NCBI GenBank assembly: GCA_963783655.1
Contig: CAWAOA010000010.1
Location: 71,054-135,053, forward strand
Direction: 5' to 3'
DNA length: 64,000 bases
From: an uncultured Chloroflexia bacterium
Lineage (GTDB): Bacteria > Chloroflexota > Anaerolineae > CG2-30-64-16
Shown here: piece by piece, positions 10,847 through 20,946 of the stretch
Layout: each line of letters opens with the position of its first letter
Numbering within the stretch: position 1 is the stretch's first letter
Program-made: the position numbers and the translations under genes
The notes under the pieces: generated by a model
The model's input: the letters and a program-made list of their open reading frames with translations, nothing else
What the model was told of the DNA's origin: nothing
The model's database searches: none

Positions 10847-12067
10847 GTGGCAACTAGCTTTCTGTCCGGCGTGACGGTTCTCGATGGCGCCGGCTCTCCC
10901 CCAATCGCCAACGCAACGGTCGTAACAACCGGCGGGCGCATCGAAGCGATCTACAGACCGGGCGATGCCCCGATCCCTTCCGCCGGGCAAGAGCAGTGGC
11001 ACCTGCCGGGTATGACCTTGATGCCCGGCATGATCGATGCCCACGTGCACCTGACGTTCGATCCCAACCCCAGCGCCGGGCTCAATCACGCCGTCAGGCC
11101 CACCGATGCGCTGCTGGCGCTGCGCGCCGTGCCGTTTGCGCGGGCAACACTGGAAGCCGGTATCACGACCGTGTGCGACCTGGCCGCTCCCGATGAGGCT
11201 ATCTTCTCGCTGCGTAAGGCCGCGGAGGAGGGGCTCTTCCCCTCCCCTCGTATTCTGGCTGCCGGACGCTGCATCACCATCACCGGTGGTCATGGTACCC
11301 AATACGGCCTACCCATGGCATGCGAGGCCGATGGCCCGGAAGAGGTACTGCAAGCAGTGCGCCAACAGATGAGGGCAGGCGCCGACATCCTGAAGCTGAT
11401 GGCTACCCGGCCCGCGCTGACCCCTCCCTTCCGCGGCGGTCCGGCATTTGCCGTGGAGGAGATGCGGCCGGCGATCCAGGATGCACACGCAGCTGGGTAC
11501 CGGGTTGCGGCCCATGCCCACACGAGCGTCGATGGGATTCGCAATGCCGTGACGGCGGGGGTGGACCGGGTGGAGCATGGAGACCCGGCAGACGACGAGA
11601 CCCTTGCGTTGATGGCCGCACAAGGTACGATGCTCGTTCCCACGTTGGCCGTGTGGCATGGTCTCATCGAAGCAGACCGCCTGGCGCCTGTTGCCTTTGC
11701 GGACGAAGTGCGCCGCCGGATGGCCAGCAAGCTCGAGAGCTGCGTGGAGACCGTGCGGCGTGCACGCCGGTACGGTGTGAAGCTGGCGATGGGCACCGAT
11801 GCCGGCTTTACCGGGGTTCCGCATGGCAGCAACGGTACCGAAGCAATGCTCCTGGCAGCCGCAGGGCTTACGAATGCCGAAGTGATCGTCGCGGTGACCA
11901 GCGCTTCGGCGCGCGCATGCGGCATCGACGGATCGGTGGGGAGAGTCGCGCCCGGCATGATCGCCGACCTGATCGTGCTGGACGGCGACCCGTTGCAGGA
12001 CATTCGCCTTCTCTGCAACCCCGAAAGGATCCGGATGGTGTTACGCGAGGGGCGGGTGGTAGCTTAA
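10847..12067 (+). CDS. Metal-dependent amidohydrolase (HutI/prolidase-like subgroup)
   Basis: PGMIDAHVHL, TGGHG, AAHAH, VEHG, GTDAG, ADLIVLDGDPL. Confidence 0.85.
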   Translation: MATSFLSGVTVLDGAGSPPIANATVVTTGGRIEAIYRPGDAPIPSAGQEQWHLPGMTLMPGMIDAHVHLTFDPNPSAGLNHAVRPTDALLALRAVPFARATLEAGITTVCDLAAPDEAIFSLRKAAEEGLFPSPRILAAGRCITITGGHGTQYGLPMACEADGPEEVLQAVRQQMRAGADILKLMATRPALTPPFRGGPAFAVEEMRPAIQDAHAAGYRVAAHAHTSVDGIRNAVTAGVDRVEHGDPADDETLALMAAQGTMLVPTLAVWHGLIEADRLAPVAFADEVRRRMASKLESCVETVRRARRYGVKLAMGTDAGFTGVPHGSNGTEAMLLAAAGLTNAEVIVAVTSASARACGIDGSVGRVAPGMIADLIVLDGDPLQDIRLLCNPERIRMVLREGRVVA

Positions 12068-12103
12068 CCGCGCATGCGTGCGAGACGCTTTGCAGGCACC
12101 GGC

Positions 12104-13684
12104 TTAGGCGGCACCGTCCCTCAGCAGGTAGTGCCCTCGCTCGTCACGGCACAGTCGCCCGGCCTCGTCCAACCGGCCCATCGCCTGCACCACCGCCCGG
12201 TGGGGAAAGTGCGCAAACGCGGTCAGTACGTCGAAGTAGTGCACAGGCTGCTGCTCGCGGAAGAATCGCTCGACCTCACGTGTCACGGCGTCCACGTCTC
12301 GCACAGCCTCGACCTCGTCCCCAGAGAGGGCCGCGCCAACCCCAGCCACCAACTGCTCGAGCGTTACCCGGTTCAGATGCGGGTATTCGATGCGCTCGTA
12401 GCGCGAGCGTGGGATCCCCTCGGGCATCGTGGCGTCGATCCCCAGGCGGGCGATCAGCATCGGCTCCATGCCGGGTGGGATGACCGGATCGAGCGGTTTG
12501 GCACGACCCATCCCCGGGATGACGATAACGTCCTTCTCCGCCTGCACGCGTGTGGCAATCGCCCACTCCACTTCCTGCAGGTTGAAGACATCGATATCGT
12601 CGTCGACGACCACCACGTGCTTCACAATACCGACGTTCATCAGCGCCAGAATGGCATTCTTTCCCGCACCCGGGAACTTCTTGATCGAGGCGATGATGTG
12701 GAAGGCGGTGCACCCACCCATCGAGACGTTAATGGCTACCGGTTCGATACCCGCTGCCCGCAGCGCCTGCCGCGCGAACATCTCGGTGATGGGGATGTGC
12801 ATGTGATTGATCTCGTGCGCCATCTGCAGGGTATACAGATGGGCATCGCGACGGCGCATGACACGGTGGATGCGCAAAGCCGGGTTCTTGTGCATCGACC
12901 CCATCAAACCGTGAAACTCGCCGAAGCGCCCCTCGTCGTGCGTCCACCCACCCGGCAGGAACTCCCCTTCCAGTATGTATTCTGAGGTTGCGATACCGTT
13001 GGCTTGCACGGCTTGCCCGGCAACCAGCTCGACAGGCTCGCCGTGCAGGGCGCCGGCCACCTCCATCTCGTCGACCCCAGCCGGGAGATCCATGGCAGCA
13101 GCAAGAAACTCATACGGGTGGTTGCTGAGATTGACGGTTACCCCAAAGGACCGTCCCTCGGCGTAGGCGCGCTTCAGGTTGTTGTGCATGTTGTTTTGCG
13201 TGGTCAGATCGATGGCGAGGGTGTTGCGGTTTACGAGCTGGTAGCGATACACACCCCAGTTGTTGCGCCCATCGGGATCGAGCGAGCCGGTGATGGCTGC
13301 CGATATGTAGGGGGCTCCATCCTGCGTGGCGAGGACCGGGATCGGTAGCTCCGAAAGATCAACGCCGTCCCCTCCGGTAACCTCATCCCAGGCAATCCTG
13401 TGGTCCGCGAGCACCGGTTTCACCCCGTTCTGGCGCGCCCAGGCCACCCGCTTCCACGCGTCCTCGTAGGGACAGCCGTACGCCAGCGCGGTCAACTCGC
13501 GGCCGGCGTAGATGCCGCCCACGAGTGATTGCGCTCCGTATCCCTGTGGCCGGTGGAAATGAACCGCCTTGCCAGCGCGCGCGATAACCGCAGACGCATA
13601 TCGCAAGTCTACGGGGCCGTCGACGTCGAGAAGTAGCCCGTGCGAGCGCAGGGTATCGAGATGGTCTCGCAAAGTGGCGGTCAT
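12104..13684 (-). CDS. UbiD-family (prFMN-dependent) decarboxylase with C-terminal extension
   Basis: DGAPYIS, NWGVYRYQ, EYILEG, EGRFGEF, VVVDDDIDVFN..EVEWAIATR, LDP, LGIDAT; start ATG 13684 with AAGGAG. Confidence 0.88.
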   Translation of the reverse strand: MTATLRDHLDTLRSHGLLLDVDGPVDLRYASAVIARAGKAVHFHRPQGYGAQSLVGGIYAGRELTALAYGCPYEDAWKRVAWARQNGVKPVLADHRIAWDEVTGGDGVDLSELPIPVLATQDGAPYISAAITGSLDPDGRNNWGVYRYQLVNRNTLAIDLTTQNNMHNNLKRAYAEGRSFGVTVNLSNHPYEFLAAAMDLPAGVDEMEVAGALHGEPVELVAGQAVQANGIATSEYILEGEFLPGGWTHDEGRFGEFHGLMGSMHKNPALRIHRVMRRRDAHLYTLQMAHEINHMHIPITEMFARQALRAAGIEPVAINVSMGGCTAFHIIASIKKFPGAGKNAILALMNVGIVKHVVVVDDDIDVFNLQEVEWAIATRVQAEKDVIVIPGMGRAKPLDPVIPPGMEPMLIARLGIDATMPEGIPRSRYERIEYPHLNRVTLEQLVAGVGAALSGDEVEAVRDVDAVTREVERFFREQQPVHYFDVLTAFAHFPHRAVVQAMGRLDEAGRLCRDERGHYLLRDGAA

Positions 13685-13807
13685 GCGTTGCTCCTTGTCT
13701 GGCCAGGTGAGGACTGGGTGCTGACGGCAGGCTTGCAGCGGCACATTGGAAGCACCCTTACGCAGATTACCCCACTTTGACGAGCCAGACAAGCTGTGGT
13801 ATCAGTG

Positions 13808-13824
13808 GGATACAAGCTGTATCC
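13808..13824. promoter_or_regulatory. Palindromic operator GGATACA-N3-TGTATCC, probably bound by the adjacent GntR
   Basis: Perfect 7-bp inverted repeat between divergent ubiD and gntR; further GTATC half-sites flank it. Confidence 0.55.
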
Positions 13825-13847
13825 TTCCAGTATCCAAGCAGGTGACC

Positions 13848-14528
13848 GTGGCCATTCAGACGGATAGCGATACCACTTTGTCGCCTTCTGCCTGGCGACT
13901 CGACGCCAGCGCCAGCACGGTGGAGAACATCTACCGCGCCTTGAAGGAAGATATCATGTGGGGCCGGATCGAACCCGACACCCTGCTGAACGAAACCGTT
14001 CTGGCGGCTCGCTTTGGCGTCAGCCGCACTCCCGTGCGTGAGGCTCTGAGCATGCTCGCCAGCGACGGGCTCACGCATGCGCTTCCACGCCGTGGCCACC
14101 TCGTGGGCACCGTTTCTGTAGCAGAGACGCTAGAGGCTTTTCGTGTGCGCGAAATCCTCGAGGTTGAAGCTATCTCGCATGCCGTACACCGCTTGAGCGA
14201 TGCTGCGATTGCCCGTCTTTTGGAGCTGGCCAATACACGCGAGAGCGAAGATTTCCCGGCCATCAACCGCGAGTTTCATATGTCGATCGCCCGCGCCAGT
14301 GGGAACCGCATCCTGGCGGATTTCATCGAGCGCCTGCTGGTCACCATGCAGCGCGTCCTCATTCTGGATCCGCACGTGACAGGGTGGACCGAGGACGGTA
14401 TGCAGGAAGACCTGGCGATCGTGCGAGCGCTGGCTGCCAGAGACGAGGCAGCGGCGTGCGAGGCCATGGCCGTCCACATTCGAAACACTCTCTCCTCTAT
14501 CTTGGGTGGTAGAGCCAACCACAACTAG
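13848..14528 (+). CDS. GntR/FadR-family regulator (wHTH + FCD)
   Basis: LNETVLAARFGVSRTPVREAL; NREFHMSIARASGN; start uncertain (GTG 13842/13848). Confidence 0.9.
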   Translation: MAIQTDSDTTLSPSAWRLDASASTVENIYRALKEDIMWGRIEPDTLLNETVLAARFGVSRTPVREALSMLASDGLTHALPRRGHLVGTVSVAETLEAFRVREILEVEAISHAVHRLSDAAIARLLELANTRESEDFPAINREFHMSIARASGNRILADFIERLLVTMQRVLILDPHVTGWTEDGMQEDLAIVRALAARDEAAACEAMAVHIRNTLSSILGGRANHN

Positions 14529-14595
14529 AGCATACCCTGCGAATCCGCAGCAATCATGCGCCACCGGCGGCGCCGGCACCAGACGAGGGGGGAAG

Positions 14596-16374
14596 ATGAT
14601 GGATAGATCGGCAAGGCCCGGCGTGCGCGTCGTCGAGACCGACGTGCTCGTCGTAGGCGGTGGGGGAGCCGGCGCACTGGCAGGCATCGCTGCCGCCAAG
14701 GCCGGCGCTTCCGTTGTCGTTGCCGTCAAGGGCAAACTGGGTCGTTCGGGCGCCACACCCACTGCCGGCGCCGACTTCATGGCCGACGCGCGCAGCGTCG
14801 TCGACGTGCTGGGCTATGCGGAAGGGGACCGCACCGACTCCCGCTACGAGTTCATGCTGGATATCGTGCAGGAAGGTAAGTACCTCAGCAACCAGCAGCT
14901 CGTCGAGCTCTACGTGGAAGATGCGCCGTACCGGATCAAAGAGCTGATCGAGTGGGGTATGAAACCCACCCACATCGAGAACGCCCACGGTTCCCGCTTC
15001 CCCCGGGGAGTCATGGCTGCCGGCCCTGACATCGGCCGTGCTTTGCGAAATGGGGCCAAGAGATACCAGGTTCCGCTGATGGAAGACGTGCTCGTCACGG
15101 ATCTTCTCACGCACGGTGGGCGGATCGCCGGAGCAGCCGGCATCGACCAGCGCACGGGCGCCCCGATCGTGTTCAAATCGGGCGCGGTGGTCCTCGGTAC
15201 CGGCGGTTGGCAGGTGGCCTACCCATGGACCAGCGCAACGGAGGACCTCACAGGCGACGGGCAGGCGATGGCGTACCGGGCAGGCGCGGACCTCATGGAC
15301 ATGGAGATGGTCCAATTCCTTCCCGGCATCGTGATTAACCCGCCGGCCTGGCGCCGCTCGATCTTCCTGTATGCCTTTCCTGCGGGCATCCTCCTCAACA
15401 AGTATGGCGAGCAGTTCCTGCGGCGGTGGGACGCGATGATGGTGGATGCACCTATGGTCCACTGGCCGAAGGAAGCTGCCGCCATTGCCATCAAGGTCGA
15501 GGTGTTGGAAGGGCGCGGTTCGCCTGCCGGCGGCGTCTATTTCTCCCTCAAGCATCTGCCCGACAATCTCATCGAAGATCTAATGACCCACGCCAGCATT
15601 GGCCATTGGAAGGCCGACAGGCTGGACACACGCGCCATGCTGGCGTATCTCCGGTCGGGCAAGGCGATCGAGGTTACCGGCGATGCGGCTCATTTCACCA
15701 CCGGTGGCATCCGCATTGACCGGAATTGCGCCACTACATTGCCCGGCCTGTACGCCGCAGGAGAATGCACGGCCGGAACGTGGGGTGCGGAACGGGTCTG
15801 CTCGGCCGTCACGGAGATGGTGGTACAGGGGCACGTAGCCGGCGCGCAGGCCGCCGCTTTCGTCGCCGGCGCCGGCAAGGTCGAGCCCGCGGCAGATGCA
15901 ATCGAGGCCACCATCGAGGCGTTGTTCGCACCGCTCGAACGGCTTGAAGGGCCGCGCCCGGTGATCGTGCGCCAGCAGCTACAGAAGACGGCCGGCGACA
16001 AGGTAGGCGTGGTTCGCACCGGCAAGATGCTGGCCGACGCGGTGCGCGAGTTGGCGGACATGCGCCCGCTCGTCGACGGCCTGGCGACCACGTCCAAGAC
16101 GCCGCGCTATAACCGGGAGTGGTTTGAGGCGCTGCAACTGCGCAATCTGGTGGAGGTCGTGGATATCTCTGCCCAGGCCGCGTTGGCGCGTACCGAGAGC
16201 CGCGGCGGGCACTTCCGGCGCGATTGTCCCATCACAGACAACGATAACTGGTTGGTCAACCTGGTAGCCCGCAAGGGCGAAGAGGGCGTTGAATTATCGC
16301 GCAGCCCGGTGGTGGTCACCCAGATCCCCCTGCCCAGCGGCCAACTGCCGTTCCTGGAATCATCGAGGAGGTAG
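14596..16374 (+). CDS. SdhA/FrdA/AprA-fold FAD-dependent oxidoreductase, non-canonical active site
   Basis: DVLVVGGGGAG, TGDGQAMAYRAGA, GLYAAGE, ARTESRGGHFR; lacks the SH/FHPT/RD motifs of true Sdh. Confidence 0.8.
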   Translation: MMDRSARPGVRVVETDVLVVGGGGAGALAGIAAAKAGASVVVAVKGKLGRSGATPTAGADFMADARSVVDVLGYAEGDRTDSRYEFMLDIVQEGKYLSNQQLVELYVEDAPYRIKELIEWGMKPTHIENAHGSRFPRGVMAAGPDIGRALRNGAKRYQVPLMEDVLVTDLLTHGGRIAGAAGIDQRTGAPIVFKSGAVVLGTGGWQVAYPWTSATEDLTGDGQAMAYRAGADLMDMEMVQFLPGIVINPPAWRRSIFLYAFPAGILLNKYGEQFLRRWDAMMVDAPMVHWPKEAAAIAIKVEVLEGRGSPAGGVYFSLKHLPDNLIEDLMTHASIGHWKADRLDTRAMLAYLRSGKAIEVTGDAAHFTTGGIRIDRNCATTLPGLYAAGECTAGTWGAERVCSAVTEMVVQGHVAGAQAAAFVAGAGKVEPAADAIEATIEALFAPLERLEGPRPVIVRQQLQKTAGDKVGVVRTGKMLADAVRELADMRPLVDGLATTSKTPRYNREWFEALQLRNLVEVVDISAQAALARTESRGGHFRRDCPITDNDNWLVNLVARKGEEGVELSRSPVVVTQIPLPSGQLPFLESSRR

Positions 16375-16378
16375 AAGC

Positions 16379-16696
16379 ATGGCCGATGAGAAAAGGACCA
16401 TTACCGTTACGTGCGAGCGATTCGACCCCGGATCGGATGAGTCGCCGTACCGGCAGTCCTATCAGGTCCCATTCAGCGAGGGCTTGAGCGTTCTGAACGT
16501 GCTCACCTACATCTTCGAGCAGATCGATCCTACCCTCGGCTTCTTCAACAATTGCGACCGCGGCGTTTGCGGGCGCTGTACGATGATGGTGAATGGGCGG
16601 CCCGCGCTGTCGTGTACCACCCTCGTCACGGGAGACCTGGAGCTGGCGCCGCTCGCCGGCCGGCCGCGATTACGCGACCTTTTGGTTGACCTCTAG
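16379..16696 (+). CDS. Stand-alone [2Fe-2S] protein (SdhB/FrdB N-terminal domain only)
   Basis: RFDP, CDRGVCGRCTMMVNGRPALSC, LAPL...RDLLVD; no 4Fe-4S half. Confidence 0.85.
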   Translation: MADEKRTITVTCERFDPGSDESPYRQSYQVPFSEGLSVLNVLTYIFEQIDPTLGFFNNCDRGVCGRCTMMVNGRPALSCTTLVTGDLELAPLAGRPRLRDLLVDL

Positions 16697-16708
16697 GGGA
16701 CGGCTGAG

Positions 16709-18884
16709 ATGGAAAGCATCGTGAAGACAGTCTGCCAGATGTGCTACTTCAACTGTGGAATCGACGTCCACGTGGCAGACGGGGTTATCCAAAAGATCGA
16801 GGGGATGGAGGAGCACCCGGTCAGCCGGGGCCGTATCTGCGCCAAGGGCATGGCGTCGCAGCAACTGGTGAGCGGACCGCAACCGGCTGCGCTATCCGAT
16901 GCGGCGGGTCGGGCGAGCGCGGCAGCGGGCAAGTGGGAGCGCATCTCGTGGGACGAGGCGCTGGACGAGATCGCCTCTCGCCTGCGACGGACCTGCGAGA
17001 CCGGAGGGGCCGACGGCCGTCGGCTACTACCGCGGCCAGGCACCCGGCTGGGTGACCAACTACAACTACGTGATCCGCTTCATGAACTCGCTCGGATCGC
17101 CAAACATCATCACCCACGCCAACCTATGCTTTGCCCCACGGGCCATCGCACACGCCGCCACCTACGGCGGGTTTCCAGAGCCAGACTACGAGCGCACCAA
17201 CTGCATCTTCCTGATCGGCTACAACCCGGCGTACACATCCCCCGTCAACTACGCGGCGCGCATCATCGACGCCAAGGCGCGTGGGGCCAAGCTGATCGTT
17301 GTCGACCCGCGCTTCACGAATACCGCGGCAAAGGCCGACCTCTTCCTGCAGCCGCGGCCGGGCACCGATGCCGCCCTGGTGCTGGCGATGATCCACGTCA
17401 TCATCGCAGAGAGACTGTACGATCACGAGTTCGTGGCCAGATGGACGAGCGGCTTCGAGGAGTTGGCCGAGCACGTAGCGCCATGACGCCGGACTGGGCC
17501 GCAGAGATCACCGGCGTGCCGGCCGCCAAGATCAGGCAACGCAGCGCTGATGTTGGCGACCGTCAAGCCGGCCGTCGTCGTGGACGGAAACGGGCTGGAC
17601 CAGCACACCAACGTCGTGCAGACCGTCCGGACCACCACCATGCTGCGCAGCCTGATCGGCAGCGTGGACGCGCCAGGCGGCAGCGTGAGCGTGCCGCCGC
17701 TGCCGTTTGTGGACGTTCAGCGCCGCGGGCGCCTGCCCGAGCGGAGTCCGCTCGCGCTCGATCATGCAGTATCCGCTCTACTACGAGTCTCAGCCAGCGA
17801 TGACCGGTCCAGAGATGACCGACGCCGTCTCGCACGGCTGGCCAAATCCGCTGCGAGGCGCTGATAGTGCAGGGCGGCGACCCGGTGGCAGTGCTCTCCC
17901 AGACGCCAAAAGTCCGCGAGAGTCTGCTGAAGGCGGATTTCCTGGTCGTCCACGATCTGTACCTCACCTCAACGGCCGAGATCGCCGATATCGTTCTGCC
18001 TGCCGCCAGCTTCCTGGAGCGTGACCTGATTCTCTATTACCGCTACCGGCCGTACTGCCGACGGCAATCTGATCACCGCCCAGAACAAGGCGGTCGAGCC
18101 GGTGGGCGAGAGCAAGTCCGATCTGGAGTTCATCTTCGGCCTGGCGAAGCGCCTTGGCATGGCGGAGTGGTTCCCCTGGAAGAGCCGTGGACGAAGCGTT
18201 TCAACTGGGAGTTGCCGCCGCACGGCATCGACGTGGAATGGCTGCGAGCACACCCGGGTGGGTATCGAGCGGCGGTACACGCCGGACGAGTTGTATCGAC
18301 AAGTACGAGAAGCGCGGCTTCCCCACCCCTTCGGGTAAGGCTGGAGCTGTACTCCAGCGGTTTGAGCAGGCGGGCTACGAACCGCTGCCCGAATTCGAGG
18401 AACCCGCGGCGAGCCCGAGATCGCCGCTCTGATCTGCTGGCCCGGTATCCTCTCGATCGGCTCCACCGGCCTCAAGCTCGGCATCCATACACACACGCAA
18501 TTCCGAACGCTGCCGTGGATCCGGGCCATCGAGCCGGACGCCTTCGTCGAGATCCATCCGGAGACCGCTCAGGCGCGGCAGATCAAGGACGGCGAGATGG
18601 TGCTGCTGGAGAGTCCCCAGGGCGCCGCGACGCTGAAGGCGCGGATAACGATCCCGGTCGCGCCGGGCGTGGTGATGGCGACGCACGGGTGGGGGCAGCC
18701 GTACGCCGGGGGCCCGATGATCAACGACGTCACCGCCGAGCAACCGCGTGACGCGATTTCCGGGGCGACCGGGAACAGGTCATTCCTGTGCGAGATCCGC
18801 AAGATCGAGAGGGAAGTAGCACATGGCAGCACGAATTGGCCTCTTCGTCAACCTCGATCGCTGTTTCGGCTGTTTCACCTGTGA
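16709..18884 (+). CDS. Cytoplasmic Mo/W-bisPGD oxidoreductase, DMSO-reductase family (5 or more frameshifts)
   Basis: CQMCYFNC...CAKG FS0 motif, WERISWDEALD, ANLCFAP, VVDPRFT..A.KAD, RPGTD.AL, ADIVLPAASFLE, TPSGK, C-terminal barrel; no Tat signal. Confidence 0.85.
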
Positions 18885-19162
18885 GGTCGCGTGCCAGCAG
18901 GAGCACCGCCTGCCGGCGGGCGAAAAGTGGATACGCATGTTCACCGTGGGCCCGACGGAAGTGGACGGCGAGCTGGTGATGGATTTCGTGCCGTTGGCGA
19001 GTGACAAATGCGATCTCTGCGCGGCACGGCGCGGCGCAGGGGCAGCCGCCGGCCTGCGTGGCCGCCTGTCCGGCGCGTGCGTTGATCGTCGCGCACGAAC
19101 GGCAGCTCCCGCGGTTGCTGCGCAGCGAGCGCCGCCTTCAGTTGTGCAAGCTGGGAGAGTGA
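18823..19162 (+). CDS. Short 4Fe-4S dicluster subunit, DmsB-like (frameshifted)
   Basis: CFGCFTCEVAC, KCDLC, then PACVAACPARAL in the shifted frame. Confidence 0.8.
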
Positions 19163-19174
19163 GGAGGGGACAGC

Positions 19175-20842
19175 TTGGCATCTGAATACGAGAAGCTAGC
19201 GCTCGAGGCGCGCCAGAAGGCGGCACGCCTGGTGGGAACCGCCGGGGAGATGCACAGGCTGGGCTGGAACAAGGTGCTGGCCGAGGCCCGGCAGGGCGGC
19301 TACGCCCTGTATGGCATCTACGCCAGCCGGATCCTGGCGGTGCCGCATCCTGAGGTATATCTGCAGGGCCGATGCCATCTTCTGGCAGGTGGCGTCCACC
19401 GTTCGCGGCTTCAAGGAAGCCTACGGCATCACGTATGCCGCGGACATGTATAACATGCAGTGGTCGCGGCGCGCTGGCCGAAGGCAGGCCGCTGAGCGAT
19501 CCGCTCACCTGGAATGACGTACCGCTGGATGCATACTCAGTAGTGCACGCCGCCGCATGCTATCCCGATGCCTATCCGTTTTTGCCGTATCTCGACCGGC
19601 GCATGGCCCCGCTGGCCGTATCGCTCAAGGTCTGGGGCAAGCGGGTCACTGGCGCCGGAGCTTGCCGAGCAGCTCTATTTCCGCGCCATGGCCGGGGGAG
19701 CGGCCGCCGCATTCGCTCTTCATCGTGGTGTGTGACGACGAGTCCGCATATCTGGCGCGACGGGGATACGCTGCTCGCCGCCGCCACCACATCGCCGGCC
19801 GGTGCACCTACCGGCAATCCCATCCTGATCTTCAACGAGGACGCGGTCTGGTATCCGCTGATGGGCCGCGACGACCGGGCGAACAGCGCCGGCCTGGCCG
19901 CCGCTGGTCGGTCGCCTGGCGACGGACGTAACCGCAGCCGGCGCTGACCGAGCTCGAAGACGGCTACGTTCGGCGAGTTGCGGGAGGTGCGCCAGTTGGC
20001 GGCAACGCGCAGTTCGACATGGCGATGCTGGCCGCGCTGCGCGGGAACGGCATCGACGGCGATCCGTACTACGAGGTGTGGGAGCGGAGTGTGGTGCCGC
20101 ACGAAACCGAGCATCCCTGGTTGTGCGACCGTAAGCTGGGCATTATTCGCGAGTGCGACCGCTACGCCGGCTACCTCAGCCCCGTGGTTGCCTATCTCGC
20201 CGGCCTGGTCTGCACCGCGCCGGACGAGGAGATCGGCGTGCGCGTGATGGCCGGCGAATACCTCAAGTACGCCGGCGTGGTGCGCGACGACGAACGCGGC
20301 GCAGGCGGCTGGAAGAAGCCCGGCCGGCTGGAGGCGTGGGGACACCTCTGGTATTGCCCGCTGATGGAGTACACCATCGACGATGCGGTACCGGTCTGGC
20401 GGCGGGCATTGCGTCAGCCAGTCCATGAGCCTGAGCGCCGCCATGGTGCTGGCCGGGGTCGACCATTATGTCACGCACTTCAACCGCGGCGGCGTGCGTC
20501 ACTACCAGCCACCACTTTGTGTCGTCGGCAGACGGCGCATACGTGCTTGACGATGCCATGGTCAACTACTTCGACACGGGCGTGCCCAAGACCGACAACT
20601 GGGGCTGCCTGCTCTCCTTCTCCAAGGAGGGGCAGTGGGCGTCGCTGGTGGTCGGCGAATACTTCGGCACGATCGCTCCGGCAGACGTGCTGCAGCACGT
20701 GGACCGGATCGAAGCGATGATCGGCGGTCGCTTCGCGCTCAACTTCCTGAATCTCACGGGCGGTGAGGAGATCCAACCGAAGGAGCGTTTCCTCGAACAC
20801 CTGGATACGCTTTCGGACTGGGAGCCGGTGGTCCTGCCCTGA
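19175..20842 (+). CDS. ~550 aa hypothetical protein with C-terminal transglutaminase-like Cys-His-Asp motif (multiple frameshifts)
   Basis: TTG start after GAGGAGG; stitched C-terminus GGGHCVSQSMSLSAAMVLAGV...SHHFVSSADGAYVLDD. Confidence 0.55.
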
Positions 20843-20946
20843 TCGCCCTTCCCATTATTGGTGCGCACAGGAGGTATGTCATAGGGAAGCTACACTCGAA
20901 AATCCAGAATCGGTGGTCGGTCTGAGCAAAGCTCAAAGGAGGACAC

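Noticed and set aside
14596-16696. sdhA/sdhB or frdA/frdB
   Set aside because: Dicarboxylate-binding motifs are missing, the Fe-S subunit is half-length, and there are no anchor subunits.
17484-17486. In-frame TGA in the Mo enzyme as selenocysteine
   Set aside because: It is not at the metal-ligand position, and homology resumes in another frame (MTPDWAAEITG), so it is an indel.
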